Assembly (NCBI GenBank): GCA_020631035.1
Contig: JAHDIA010000001.1
Location: forward strand, 1 to 48,683
Length of the DNA stretch: 48,683 bases
Reading direction: 5' to 3'
Source: Chitinophagales bacterium
Lineage (GTDB): Bacteria > Bacteroidota > Bacteroidia > Chitinophagales > UBA2359
Shown: one piece after another, positions 1-6,727 of the stretch
Layout of the letters: every line of letters begins with the position of its first letter
Numbering within the stretch: the stretch's first letter is position 1
Notes under the pieces: generated by a model
What the model was told of the DNA's origin: nothing
Database searches by the model: none
What the model saw: the letters and a program-made list of their open reading frames with translations, nothing else
Position numbers and translations under genes: made by a program

Positions 1-45
1 ACCAACAAAGGGCGATATTGCCCGAATACTTTAAAATTTATAGAG

Positions 46-411
46 ATGAAAAATTATTATTTTGTAGCCGAGAAAATCGAAAACACTTTATTTAATCACC
101 ATACAGGTGAACACGATTTTCAAATAGAGGTCTTGGACACAATAAGAATGGCATTTGAGAGCAGCGAAGATGCTGCTAGGTTTTTAGAAAAGACAGTAGA
201 AGATGATAGAGAGCTTGCAGGCAAGTTAATCATCTTAAGAATAAAAGAAGACGTAGATGCAAACGGGAATACCGTAGACTCGGTAACTATTCCTAGGGAG
301 AATGGTAAATATGGAACAAAGCTGGATGCTTTTACGCTGAGTTCAATTATCTACACAGCAGAAAAAAATGAAAAGACTGGAAGATGGGAGTTCAAGCAAA
401 AGAATCCCTGA
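46..411 (+). CDS. hypothetical protein (early/accessory region)
   Basis: ATG-initiated 121-aa ORF followed by a strong hairpin. No recognisable motifs. Confidence 0.55.
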   Translation: MKNYYFVAEKIENTLFNHHTGEHDFQIEVLDTIRMAFESSEDAARFLEKTVEDDRELAGKLIILRIKEDVDANGNTVDSVTIPRENGKYGTKLDAFTLSSIIYTAEKNEKTGRWEFKQKNP

Positions 412-425
412 AAATTAAACAAAAA

Positions 426-461
426 CCCACCTACAGACCTTGGAAATCTATTGTAGGTGGG
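426..461 (+). terminator. hairpin terminator candidate
   Basis: Perfect 10-bp stem cccacctaca (426-435) / tgtaggtggg (452-461), followed by T-rich sequence, directly after the ORF ending at 411. Confidence 0.5.
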
Positions 462-513
462 ATTTATAGAGATTTTGCAAAAATAAGGAAATTAATAAAT
501 AAATCTATCCCGT

Positions 514-960
514 ATGCAGGGATTCCAGAATAAAAATATTATTAAAATCAAAGAAATGTACAATACAATAAAGTTAGATAGATTCGCCCGAAGAATGGGC
601 GTAAAGATAGTTGAGAGTGGCAATTGCACAAATGAGCATTGTAATTGCGAATACCACGACCCAGTATTAGATGTTTGCTTTCCAAGCCAGGAAGTAATGA
701 ATTTGTTTGAAATTCAAACAAATAGAAACTTTGATAGCAAAGGGAGGTATTATTGCTATGCTGACTGCGTGGTTAGAATAAATAACTCTTTTTACTATTC
801 AAATAGTGAAGACTTTATAAAGCATCAAATAAGGATGAATAGGATTGGTAAAAAACGGAGGGATTTGATGCAAAATAGGAAATATAAAAAAATAAAGGAA
901 GAAGACAAAGGAAAAAAAAGAAAGCGGAGATCCAGAAAGAAAGTCGAGCAATCCATTTGA
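514..960 (+). CDS. hypothetical Cys-rich protein with highly basic C-terminal tail
   Basis: ATG start. 148-aa ORF with a Cys/His cluster (CTNEHCNCEYH) and a KKRKRRSRKK tail. Confidence 0.5.
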   Translation: MQGFQNKNIIKIKEMYNTIKLDRFARRMGVKIVESGNCTNEHCNCEYHDPVLDVCFPSQEVMNLFEIQTNRNFDSKGRYYCYADCVVRINNSFYYSNSEDFIKHQIRMNRIGKKRRDLMQNRKYKKIKEEDKGKKRKRRSRKKVEQSI

Positions 961-973
961 TCCATTTAAATTA

Positions 974-1006
974 GGACTGGCTCTGCACGACCAGTCCCCT
1001 TTTTTC
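974..1006. terminator. bidirectional terminator between convergent genes
   Basis: Stem ggactgg (974-980) / ccagtcc (991-997) followed by cc + T6. Lies between the + ORF ending at 960 and the - ORF ending at 1006. Confidence 0.55.
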
Positions 1007-1338
1007 TATATCTTCTGATAAGAAAATAAAATCCCCAATGCATTAATCTGCATATTTTCACCATCCAAGTAGATTATATCATACAAAAACTCAGCGGTTT
1101 CAAGCTCAAGGAATCCATCAGGCTCAAGAAAGTACAAGTGTTCGCACTCACCTCTTATTTCGTAGTAATGACTTCCAGTACTATCATACATACTATCATT
1201 ATCGAATACAATTATTTCTTCAGGATTTGCGGATAACTGCCAAGTCCCAATAATATCTTTTTCGCACTGCTCCTCTGCGGACTTTGTGCAGGCTGCTGTG
1301 AGGAGCAGAAGTAGGATTAGTAGTGTTTGGTTTTTCAT
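1006..1338 (-). CDS. small lipoprotein, last gene of the repressor operon (superinfection-exclusion/moron candidate)
   Basis: N-terminus MKNQTLLILLLLLTAAC has a signal peptide plus a lipobox Cys. Its start overlaps the upstream gene's stop (1335-1338). Confidence 0.65.
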   Translation of the reverse strand: MKNQTLLILLLLLTAACTKSAEEQCEKDIIGTWQLSANPEEIIVFDNDSMYDSTGSHYYEIRGECEHLYFLEPDGFLELETAEFLYDIIYLDGENMQINALGILFSYQKI

Positions 1339-2117
1339 TGTGAAATATTATTTATAAATTTATTAATCTCTGATACAATTGTAAATCTTTTTTGATTTCT
1401 ATATTCATCCAGTATTTCATATTGTTCCTTGCCAAATAAATCAATATAATCAGACTGATTAAGCGATTCCTTTTCTAATGCCAGCTTGGGTATATCCATA
1501 AGTATTGGTAATTGATTAAGACAAAAATCAGTCAAATCATTAATATATTCATCTATATCTTTTTGAATTCCCGACTTAGAATATTCTTCAATTATATCAT
1601 CAGATTCTAGTCCCCATTTGCCTTCTCTTGTTAATTTTTCTCTATGCTTGAACCTATGTAATGAAATTGGGAATTCTGTCAGGTCTGAAGCAAAAGAGAG
1701 TATATAATTAAATACATAATAATAAATATAGTCTTTGTGTTTGCCTTCTTTTAAGCAAATTTCAGAGGACAAATATGTTGATGAGCTTAGTTTCTTTATG
1801 TATTCAAATCTAGGTAAGTCTGGACTTAAGATTGAATCTGCTTTTACAACTAATCTAAATGCCTCATTAGTATCTCCTTCCTTCAAACAAGTTTGTGCCT
1901 TAGAAATAATGTCATCAAAAGAGCATTCATTTTCTTTTGCAATAAATACAGTATTTAAATCCTCGTCAATAATCACAGGCTCCTCTTGCAATTCATTTTT
2001 GCTAGAAACGTATTCAGGACCAGGCTTTTCTTGGTCATTCTCACCAGATTTAGAAAATAGCCGTTTGAAAAAATTCAGCATTTTAATATAGGTATTACCT
2101 ACTTCCCAGTGATCCAC
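1335..2117 (-). CDS. hypothetical protein in lysogeny operon
   Basis: 260-aa ORF downstream of the repressor on the same strand. An alternative ATG at 2081 (MLNFFKRLF) would remove the 19-nt overlap with the repressor gene. Confidence 0.55.
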   Translation of the reverse strand: MDHWEVGNTYIKMLNFFKRLFSKSGENDQEKPGPEYVSSKNELQEEPVIIDEDLNTVFIAKENECSFDDIISKAQTCLKEGDTNEAFRLVVKADSILSPDLPRFEYIKKLSSSTYLSSEICLKEGKHKDYIYYYVFNYILSFASDLTEFPISLHRFKHREKLTREGKWGLESDDIIEEYSKSGIQKDIDEYINDLTDFCLNQLPILMDIPKLALEKESLNQSDYIDLFGKEQYEILDEYRNQKRFTIVSEINKFINNISQ

Positions 2118-2794
2118 TTCTTAACCCACCAAATTTTGGCAATCTGATCTGGTGGCATAGTCCTGGGCTTGTAGATTGTGTTATGTGAATGAAATATGTA
2201 TTTTGAATCTTCCGATACGCCAGCAAATGCCTGAAGTAGGAAGTCGTTGTCTTTCGTAATTAGGACAAAGATCTCGCCAACTAAGCTTGAGATGTCGGTG
2301 CCCTCCTCAATCATTTTGCCAATGACCACATCTCCAGTTTTGATGAGCGGATGCATTGAGTCGGTTGTGATTTCAAAGCTCAAAAAAACACCTTTTTCAC
2401 TAATTATTGATTTAGGCATTGTCATAATATCAAAATCATTTTCATCATCAATTATGATTTTCTTTTGAGATTCAAATGGAACAACACCAATGTTAGTTAC
2501 TGGCTTGTAGCTTCTCCCACTCCCAGAATCAAGGGCTTTACTAATTGGCTCATAGTGTTCATATGACTCTTCATACACAAAAGTATAGAAGTCTACACCA
2601 AATACATCTCTTATCTTTTGAATAGTCTTGTCCGAAACTGCCTTTGATCCAGATAGCATTGCAGCTACATAAGGCTGTTTCATTCCAAGCATTTTAGCAA
2701 AGTCGCCCTGTGAAGATATAATTTTTTTCTGTTTAAGAGTATTAATTACACTTCTTAATACTTTGGCTTTCAGTTCTTTAACCTCTTGGGACAT
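2099..2794 (-). CDS. CI/LexA-like repressor (XRE-type HTH + S24 peptidase domain)
   Basis: HTH segment SQGDFAKMLGMKQPYVAAMLSG. S24-like ...TTDSMHPLIKTGDVVIGK... with a downstream Lys (ITKDN). Start moved to the internal ATG at 2794 (MSQEVKEL), because the upstream 39 codons look like non-coding read-through. Confidence 0.85.
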   Translation of the reverse strand: MSQEVKELKAKVLRSVINTLKQKKIISSQGDFAKMLGMKQPYVAAMLSGSKAVSDKTIQKIRDVFGVDFYTFVYEESYEHYEPISKALDSGSGRSYKPVTNIGVVPFESQKKIIIDDENDFDIMTMPKSIISEKGVFLSFEITTDSMHPLIKTGDVVIGKMIEEGTDISSLVGEIFVLITKDNDFLLQAFAGVSEDSKYIFHSHNTIYKPRTMPPDQIAKIWWVKKWITGK

Positions 2795-2823
2795 ATTTTT
2801 TATAACTTTTTTTGGAAAAAAAC

Positions 2824-2854
2824 TTGAATTATAACCTAAAAGGATATATATTTG
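2824..2854 (+). promoter_or_regulatory. Bacteroidota-type promoter for the rightward early gene
   Basis: TTG (2824-2826), 20-nt spacer, TAtaTTTG (2847-2854). Followed by tandem taacga repeats (2861-2875) and GTTAACAA (2883-2890) before the ATG at 2892. Confidence 0.5.
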
Positions 2855-2891
2855 TAATCGTAACGATAACGATAATAACAAAGTTAACAAA

Positions 2892-3113
2892 ATGGACCAT
2901 AACACAAACACTCAAATACCCAACGCAAGGAATGTTCGAAATAAGGCGAAATTAGTATTGTTCACTCAAGAAGAATTGGATAGGATTAATTCTGCAAAAG
3001 AAAAGAAAGGGTACAAGGCTTTTGCCTCTTATATACGTGCAATGACCTTGCATTGTTCAGATTTGATTTTGGCAGAAGAACAATCCTTCTCCCAAATCCC
3101 ACAAACAGGATAG
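2892..3113 (+). CDS. small Cro-like/RHH-like regulator candidate, divergent from the repressor
   Basis: 73-aa ORF divergently placed from the CI-like gene. The FTQEELDRINSAKEKKGYKAFASYIRAM segment resembles ribbon-helix-helix proteins. Confidence 0.45.
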   Translation: MDHNTNTQIPNARNVRNKAKLVLFTQEELDRINSAKEKKGYKAFASYIRAMTLHCSDLILAEEQSFSQIPQTG

Positions 3114-3147
3114 ATTCATAAAGTTGTTGTTAACAGGTTAATGGATA

Positions 3148-3261
3148 ACTCTTGTAGCTCAATAGGCAGAGCCGTTTTGGTAAGTGTCTCAACCCACCCA
3201 CAGTTCCACTTATACCTTATCACTGCCAAGAAAGATGTCGGTTCGAGTCCGACCAAGAGTT
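3148..3261 (+). tRNA. tRNA-like RNA 1 (114 nt) with expanded anticodon arm and no recognisable anticodon
   Basis: Acceptor actcttg (3148-3154) / caagagt (3254-3260). D arm gctc-aataggca-gagc. T arm gtcgg-ttcgagt-ccgac (3237-3253). Long stem ttggtaagtg (3177-3186) / cactgccaa (3221-3229) closes a 34-nt G-poor loop. Confidence 0.5.
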
Positions 3262-3304
3262 CAAAAAAACCAACCGTAATACTGACAGCGTTTGACGCAT
3301 TCCT

Positions 3305-3446
3305 TTGGAATTAGGATTTAGTCAGGGATTTAAGCGGCGATGGTTGCAAGAGGCGAAGGAAGCTCGCCAGTTTCTATCTTGCAGAATTGGAAGAGGCATA
3401 GAGTACTCGCATGGTCGCCGAGCAGGTTCAACTCCTGCCTTCCAAT
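3305..3446 (+). tRNA. tRNA-like RNA 2 (about 142 nt) with a very large insertion in the anticodon-arm position
   Basis: T arm gcagg-ttcaact-cctgc (3422-3438). 3' acceptor cttccaa (3439-3445) pairs with ttggaa(t) at 3305-3311. A 'ta' connector and weak D arm follow. Stem cggcga (3335-3340) / tcgccg (3415-3420) encloses nested hairpins (ttgcaag 3344-3350 / cttgcag 3378-3384; ggcga 3352-3356 / tcgcc 3364-3368). The 5' boundary is uncertain. Confidence 0.35.
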
Positions 3447-3463
3447 CAACCTTATATAGAAAA

Positions 3464-3491
3464 GAGCCAGATGGGCTCAGTTAATTTTTTA
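3464..3491 (+). terminator. hairpin + T-run after tRNA-like RNA 2
   Basis: Stem gagcc / ggctc around a short loop, followed by agttaatttttt. Confidence 0.35.
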
Positions 3492-3539
3492 GAATTCTGC
3501 GGCTGGTTAGCGAGCTGGTCGAGAGTAGTTGTTTTTCTA

Positions 3540-3642
3540 ACCTTCATAGCTTAAAGGTCAGAGCATTGTCAGGATATTTCCATGGAGCGCAATCATCCAT
3601 TCCATACTGGCAAGGGTAGCGGTTCGAGTCCGCTTGAAGGTT
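3540..3642 (+). tRNA. tRNA-like RNA 3 (103 nt): canonical cloverleaf geometry but a 38-nt 'anticodon loop'
   Basis: Acceptor accttca (3540-3546) / tgaaggt (3635-3641). 'ta' connector. D arm gctt-aaaggtca-gagc. Anticodon-type stem ttgtc (3566-3570) / ggcaa (3609-3613). 4-nt variable region. T arm agcgg-ttcgagt-ccgct (3618-3634). No split of the 38-nt loop yields a U33-containing 7-nt loop. Confidence 0.5.
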
Positions 3643-3676
3643 CTAGCATTATTGTTTACCACAACATTTTTTCATT

Positions 3677-3892
3677 ATGAATGACATAGATTTTTTCGAG
3701 AGTTACGATAAGTACACATCAGATCTCTTGCATGAAATAAAGAAGGGGATTGGCGAGGATGATTACGAAGAGTTTGATGTACGAGAATACTCTCCAGCAA
3801 GCAAACAAGCCAAAGCCAATGAAAAGCTCAATCCTAGAAACAGCGGACGTATTCTTACAGCTGCTCAAATTCCTTCTACTAATGCAGCCTAA
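3677..3892 (+). CDS. hypothetical acidic protein
   Basis: 71-aa ATG ORF preceded by the leader variant tttaccacaaca. Confidence 0.45.
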   Translation: MNDIDFFESYDKYTSDLLHEIKKGIGEDDYEEFDVREYSPASKQAKANEKLNPRNSGRILTAAQIPSTNAA

Positions 3893-4130
3893 AGCAGCAT
3901 ACAAAGAGGTTGAAAAAGTAGATTTCTCCTACGTGGAAAATCACATTGTAGAGGACTATACATCCTCATCGGGCAATTTGATAATGATTCGCACAAGCCA
4001 TCCACTTTCATGCATTGAAGTAGAGGCTTGGTACAAGCAAAAGAATCCAAAATATGGCTGCATAGCGATGCAGGGGCAGAGATGGAAAGACGGCTTTTAC
4101 TGCTTTAGACTAAGAATAACAGAGCCATGA
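3882..4130 (+). CDS. hypothetical protein
   Basis: Internal ATG (MQPKAAY...) of track ORF 3750..4130. This start gives an 11-nt overlap with the upstream gene and an ATGA overlap with the downstream gene. Confidence 0.4.
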   Translation: MQPKAAYKEVEKVDFSYVENHIVEDYTSSSGNLIMIRTSHPLSCIEVEAWYKQKNPKYGCIAMQGQRWKDGFYCFRLRITEP

Positions 4131-4450
4131 ATAACGCCATCAAACAAGAAAAAAGAGAGGTCACCAAAGAAGTGTTGTTCCAAATGGTCACCTCGATGAA
4201 AGACGACCTCAGAACACTTGCTCAAGGCAAAGAGCAAGTGTTTTCTCCCCAACAGGCAGCAGATTTCGCAGGGATAAGCAAGCCTTACATCCTTAGCCTA
4301 ATCAAAAAAAACATACTTCCTGCTGCCAAAATAGGGGAGCGCAAATACAAAATTTTGAAATCAGATCTCATTGCCTTCCTTCGGGCTAGTGCAAGGGAGA
4401 ATATTGAAGCCAACTGGCTTGACCAAATAGACGAATACATCAATGAATAG
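4127..4450 (+). CDS. excisionase-family (MerR-like) helix-turn-helix DNA-binding protein
   Basis: Segment FSPQQAADFAGISKPYILSLIKKNILPAAKIGERKYKILKSDLIAFL matches the excisionase-family HTH pattern. Confidence 0.65.
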   Translation: MNNAIKQEKREVTKEVLFQMVTSMKDDLRTLAQGKEQVFSPQQAADFAGISKPYILSLIKKNILPAAKIGERKYKILKSDLIAFLRASARENIEANWLDQIDEYINE

Positions 4451-4871
4451 AAGAATAGAAATAGGGGGTTTCGCTCAAATTATAGCGAAGCCAAACCAGC
4501 ATTTTTGGTCGGCATATACAATGCCATATCGGGGAGTTGTGAAGGTGATAGCTTACAACGAACCTAAGACCATACCATTTGCATTTGAAGAAACTGGCAA
4601 GGGATTCGGGAGAATGACAGTTCAATACAGTATTTTCTACCAATACAAATGTGAGATATGGTCATACGCCAAAATGCTGACGGGCTTTGGCTTACTCAAA
4701 GGCGGAATGAATATCATCAGCCTTGACGATGAACACTTAGTTCAAATCGGACCTGGACAAGCCAAGAGGATACTTGAAAGAGAGGATAGTTCAGGGATGC
4801 TACCTGAGTGGCACCACAAGCAACACATCAAAAAAAGAAAGCCCAAACCCAAAGAACGGGCTGAGGCTTAA
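4443..4871 (+). CDS. hypothetical protein
   Basis: 142-aa ORF translationally coupled to the upstream gene (8-nt overlap). Confidence 0.55.
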   Translation: MNRRIEIGGFAQIIAKPNQHFWSAYTMPYRGVVKVIAYNEPKTIPFAFEETGKGFGRMTVQYSIFYQYKCEIWSYAKMLTGFGLLKGGMNIISLDDEHLVQIGPGQAKRILEREDSSGMLPEWHHKQHIKKRKPKPKERAEA

Positions 4872-4903
4872 CCAAATTTTCATCACAAAATTAATAATTT
4901 ATC

Positions 4904-5680
4904 ATGAACGAAAGAATCAAACAATCGGAAACTGTACAAGAGTTGTACAAAGCCTTAATTAAGGCTCAAGCAGAATTCCCAACAATTAAGTTCGATAGCT
5001 GGATACCAAGAAACTACCAAAACAAACGAACTGGGAAATGGGAAGAGCGTAACATTGGATATGCCTCACTATCGGCAATCTTTGAGGGGATTAGAGGTCC
5101 ATTATCCAAAAACGGGCTTGGAATCACTCAAATACCAACAGGTAATACCTTAACAACCACCATCTTTCACCAAAGCGGCGAGTTCATATCTGCGGACTAT
5201 CCACTCAACTTCGGAGATGATATGCAGCGCAATGGCGGCGGCATAACATATGCTAGAAGATACGTTCTTTCTTCCCTTCTAGGCATCGTAACCGATGAGG
5301 ACGATGATGGAGAAGGCACCAAGCAATCAAAGCCAGTACAGCAGAAAAAAAGCACCAAGCCGAAAGCAAAACAACAAGCTCCCCAAGCAGCCAAAAAGAA
5401 AAAAATAGATGTAAGCAAGCATGACAATGCTGCTCTCATCAAAATGAATCAAGATGGAGATTGGAATCCACCAACGGTGGGATCAGAAAAATTTGAAAAA
5501 ATGAAAGAGTGCTTTCAAGAACTAACACTCGCTTGGGATGGAGAATTCTTCGGAAAGGCTGAAAACTGGATCAGAATAGTAATGCCAAACAAACAAGGAA
5601 TAGATACCGAGTACGTAATAGCACTCTCAGATGCACAAAAAAAGGAGTGGGAAGCCCCACAGCCAATCGGACAAAGTTGA
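4904..5680 (+). CDS. erf: ERF-family single-strand annealing (recombination) protein
   Basis: Hallmark ...GGGITYARRYVLSSLLGIVTDEDDDGE... followed by a low-complexity K/Q/P-rich linker. Confidence 0.8.
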   Translation: MNERIKQSETVQELYKALIKAQAEFPTIKFDSWIPRNYQNKRTGKWEERNIGYASLSAIFEGIRGPLSKNGLGITQIPTGNTLTTTIFHQSGEFISADYPLNFGDDMQRNGGGITYARRYVLSSLLGIVTDEDDDGEGTKQSKPVQQKKSTKPKAKQQAPQAAKKKKIDVSKHDNAALIKMNQDGDWNPPTVGSEKFEKMKECFQELTLAWDGEFFGKAENWIRIVMPNKQGIDTEYVIALSDAQKKEWEAPQPIGQS

Positions 5681-5708
5681 GTTTTTTCGTAATAATTATT
5701 TAGTGATG

Positions 5709-5732
5709 CCCCCTAGTTTTCGGACTAGGGGG
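5709..5732 (+). terminator. strong GC hairpin (terminator candidate) after erf
   Basis: Stem ccccctagt (5709-5717) / actaggggg (5724-5732), loop tttcgg. No clear T-run. Confidence 0.4.
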
Positions 5733-5760
5733 GAACTAAACCACCAAAGCCTAACCACTT

Positions 5761-6339
5761 ATGAAAACCAAAATCATCCCTTCCACTGATGGTCGGTACA
5801 GTGTCACGAGCACAGGATTGATCTACGACAATGAAAAGCAGCGTTACCTAACCCAATGCGTCAACGACAAAGGATACAAGTGCATTTCCCTTGTCATAGA
5901 AGGCAAGAGAAAGACCAAGCAAATACACCGATTTGTAGCACAAGCTTTCATTGAAAATCCCGATGATAAGCCCCAAGTGAACCACAAGGATGGCGACAAG
6001 ACCAACAACCACGCCATCAACCTTGAGTGGTCTACCCAAAGCGAAAACATGAAGCATTTGCACCGCACAAGAAAGCTGAAAAGCACAGGATCAAAGAGAA
6101 AACTCAAGGCAATGGATGTGCCAGTGATCTTTGACCTATACTTCGACAGAGGGCTTTCTCAGGCGCAAATAGCGAAAGGTTTTGGTGTAAGCCCCAAGCA
6201 AATCAATAACATAATTAGGGGGATTAGATGGGCAAATGTGAAAACACCGCTGCGCCATCTTGTGGAGAAGGAAACCAAAAAATGGGATAAGCAAATATCC
6301 CTATTCAACCAAATTAATCAACTCAAAAAAGCACAGTAA
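5761..6339 (+). CDS. HNH homing endonuclease (NUMOD4/HNH_3-like) with C-terminal HTH
   Basis: Segment ...VNHKDGDKTNNHAINLEWSTQSENMKH..., plus C-terminal LSQAQIAKGFGVSPKQINNIIRG. Confidence 0.85.
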   Translation: MKTKIIPSTDGRYSVTSTGLIYDNEKQRYLTQCVNDKGYKCISLVIEGKRKTKQIHRFVAQAFIENPDDKPQVNHKDGDKTNNHAINLEWSTQSENMKHLHRTRKLKSTGSKRKLKAMDVPVIFDLYFDRGLSQAQIAKGFGVSPKQINNIIRGIRWANVKTPLRHLVEKETKKWDKQISLFNQINQLKKAQ

Positions 6340-6620
6340 TGATTATAACACCAGGAGAATTAATAGAATTTGCAGAAAAGATAGAGTCAAAACTCAATAA
6401 CAGTTTGCAAGTTGACCAGCATATCAACAACTGCCTCAACAATACAGTTGAAGAGATGAAAGGAGAGATTGCAATCAAGGATGAGTTACTCGAAAAAGCA
6501 AAGTCAATCATTGACCTAATATCTAATATGAAAGGCAAAAAAATAGAAGAGTTCATCAAAGAAAACGAACTCGACAAATTATCAAAACAAATCAACGAAG
6601 CAATAGAGCTTCCTTTTTGA
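6339..6620 (+). CDS. hypothetical coiled-coil protein
   Basis: 93-aa ORF with a taATGa overlap with the HNH gene. Confidence 0.5.
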   Translation: MIITPGELIEFAEKIESKLNNSLQVDQHINNCLNNTVEEMKGEIAIKDELLEKAKSIIDLISNMKGKKIEEFIKENELDKLSKQINEAIELPF

Positions 6621-6653
6621 AAGCTACCAAGTAGGTAGAATTACCCGACAATA

Positions 6654-6709
6654 GCAGGCGGAAACCAATAACCAATTTTGAATCAAATTTACCTTTCCGT
6701 CTGCTTTTT
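6654..6709 (+). terminator. long-loop hairpin + T5
   Basis: Stem gcaggcggaaa (6654-6664) / tttccgtctgc (6694-6704) with one G-U pair, followed by ttttt. Confidence 0.4.
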
Positions 6710-6727
6710 CAAAACATAACTGGGACA

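Noticed and set aside
2795-2911. N-terminal 39-codon extension of the repressor ORF (MFVLWSILLT...).
   Set aside because: The extension covers the divergent promoter/operator region and the start of the opposite gene. The internal ATG at 2794 gives a normal HTH N-terminus.
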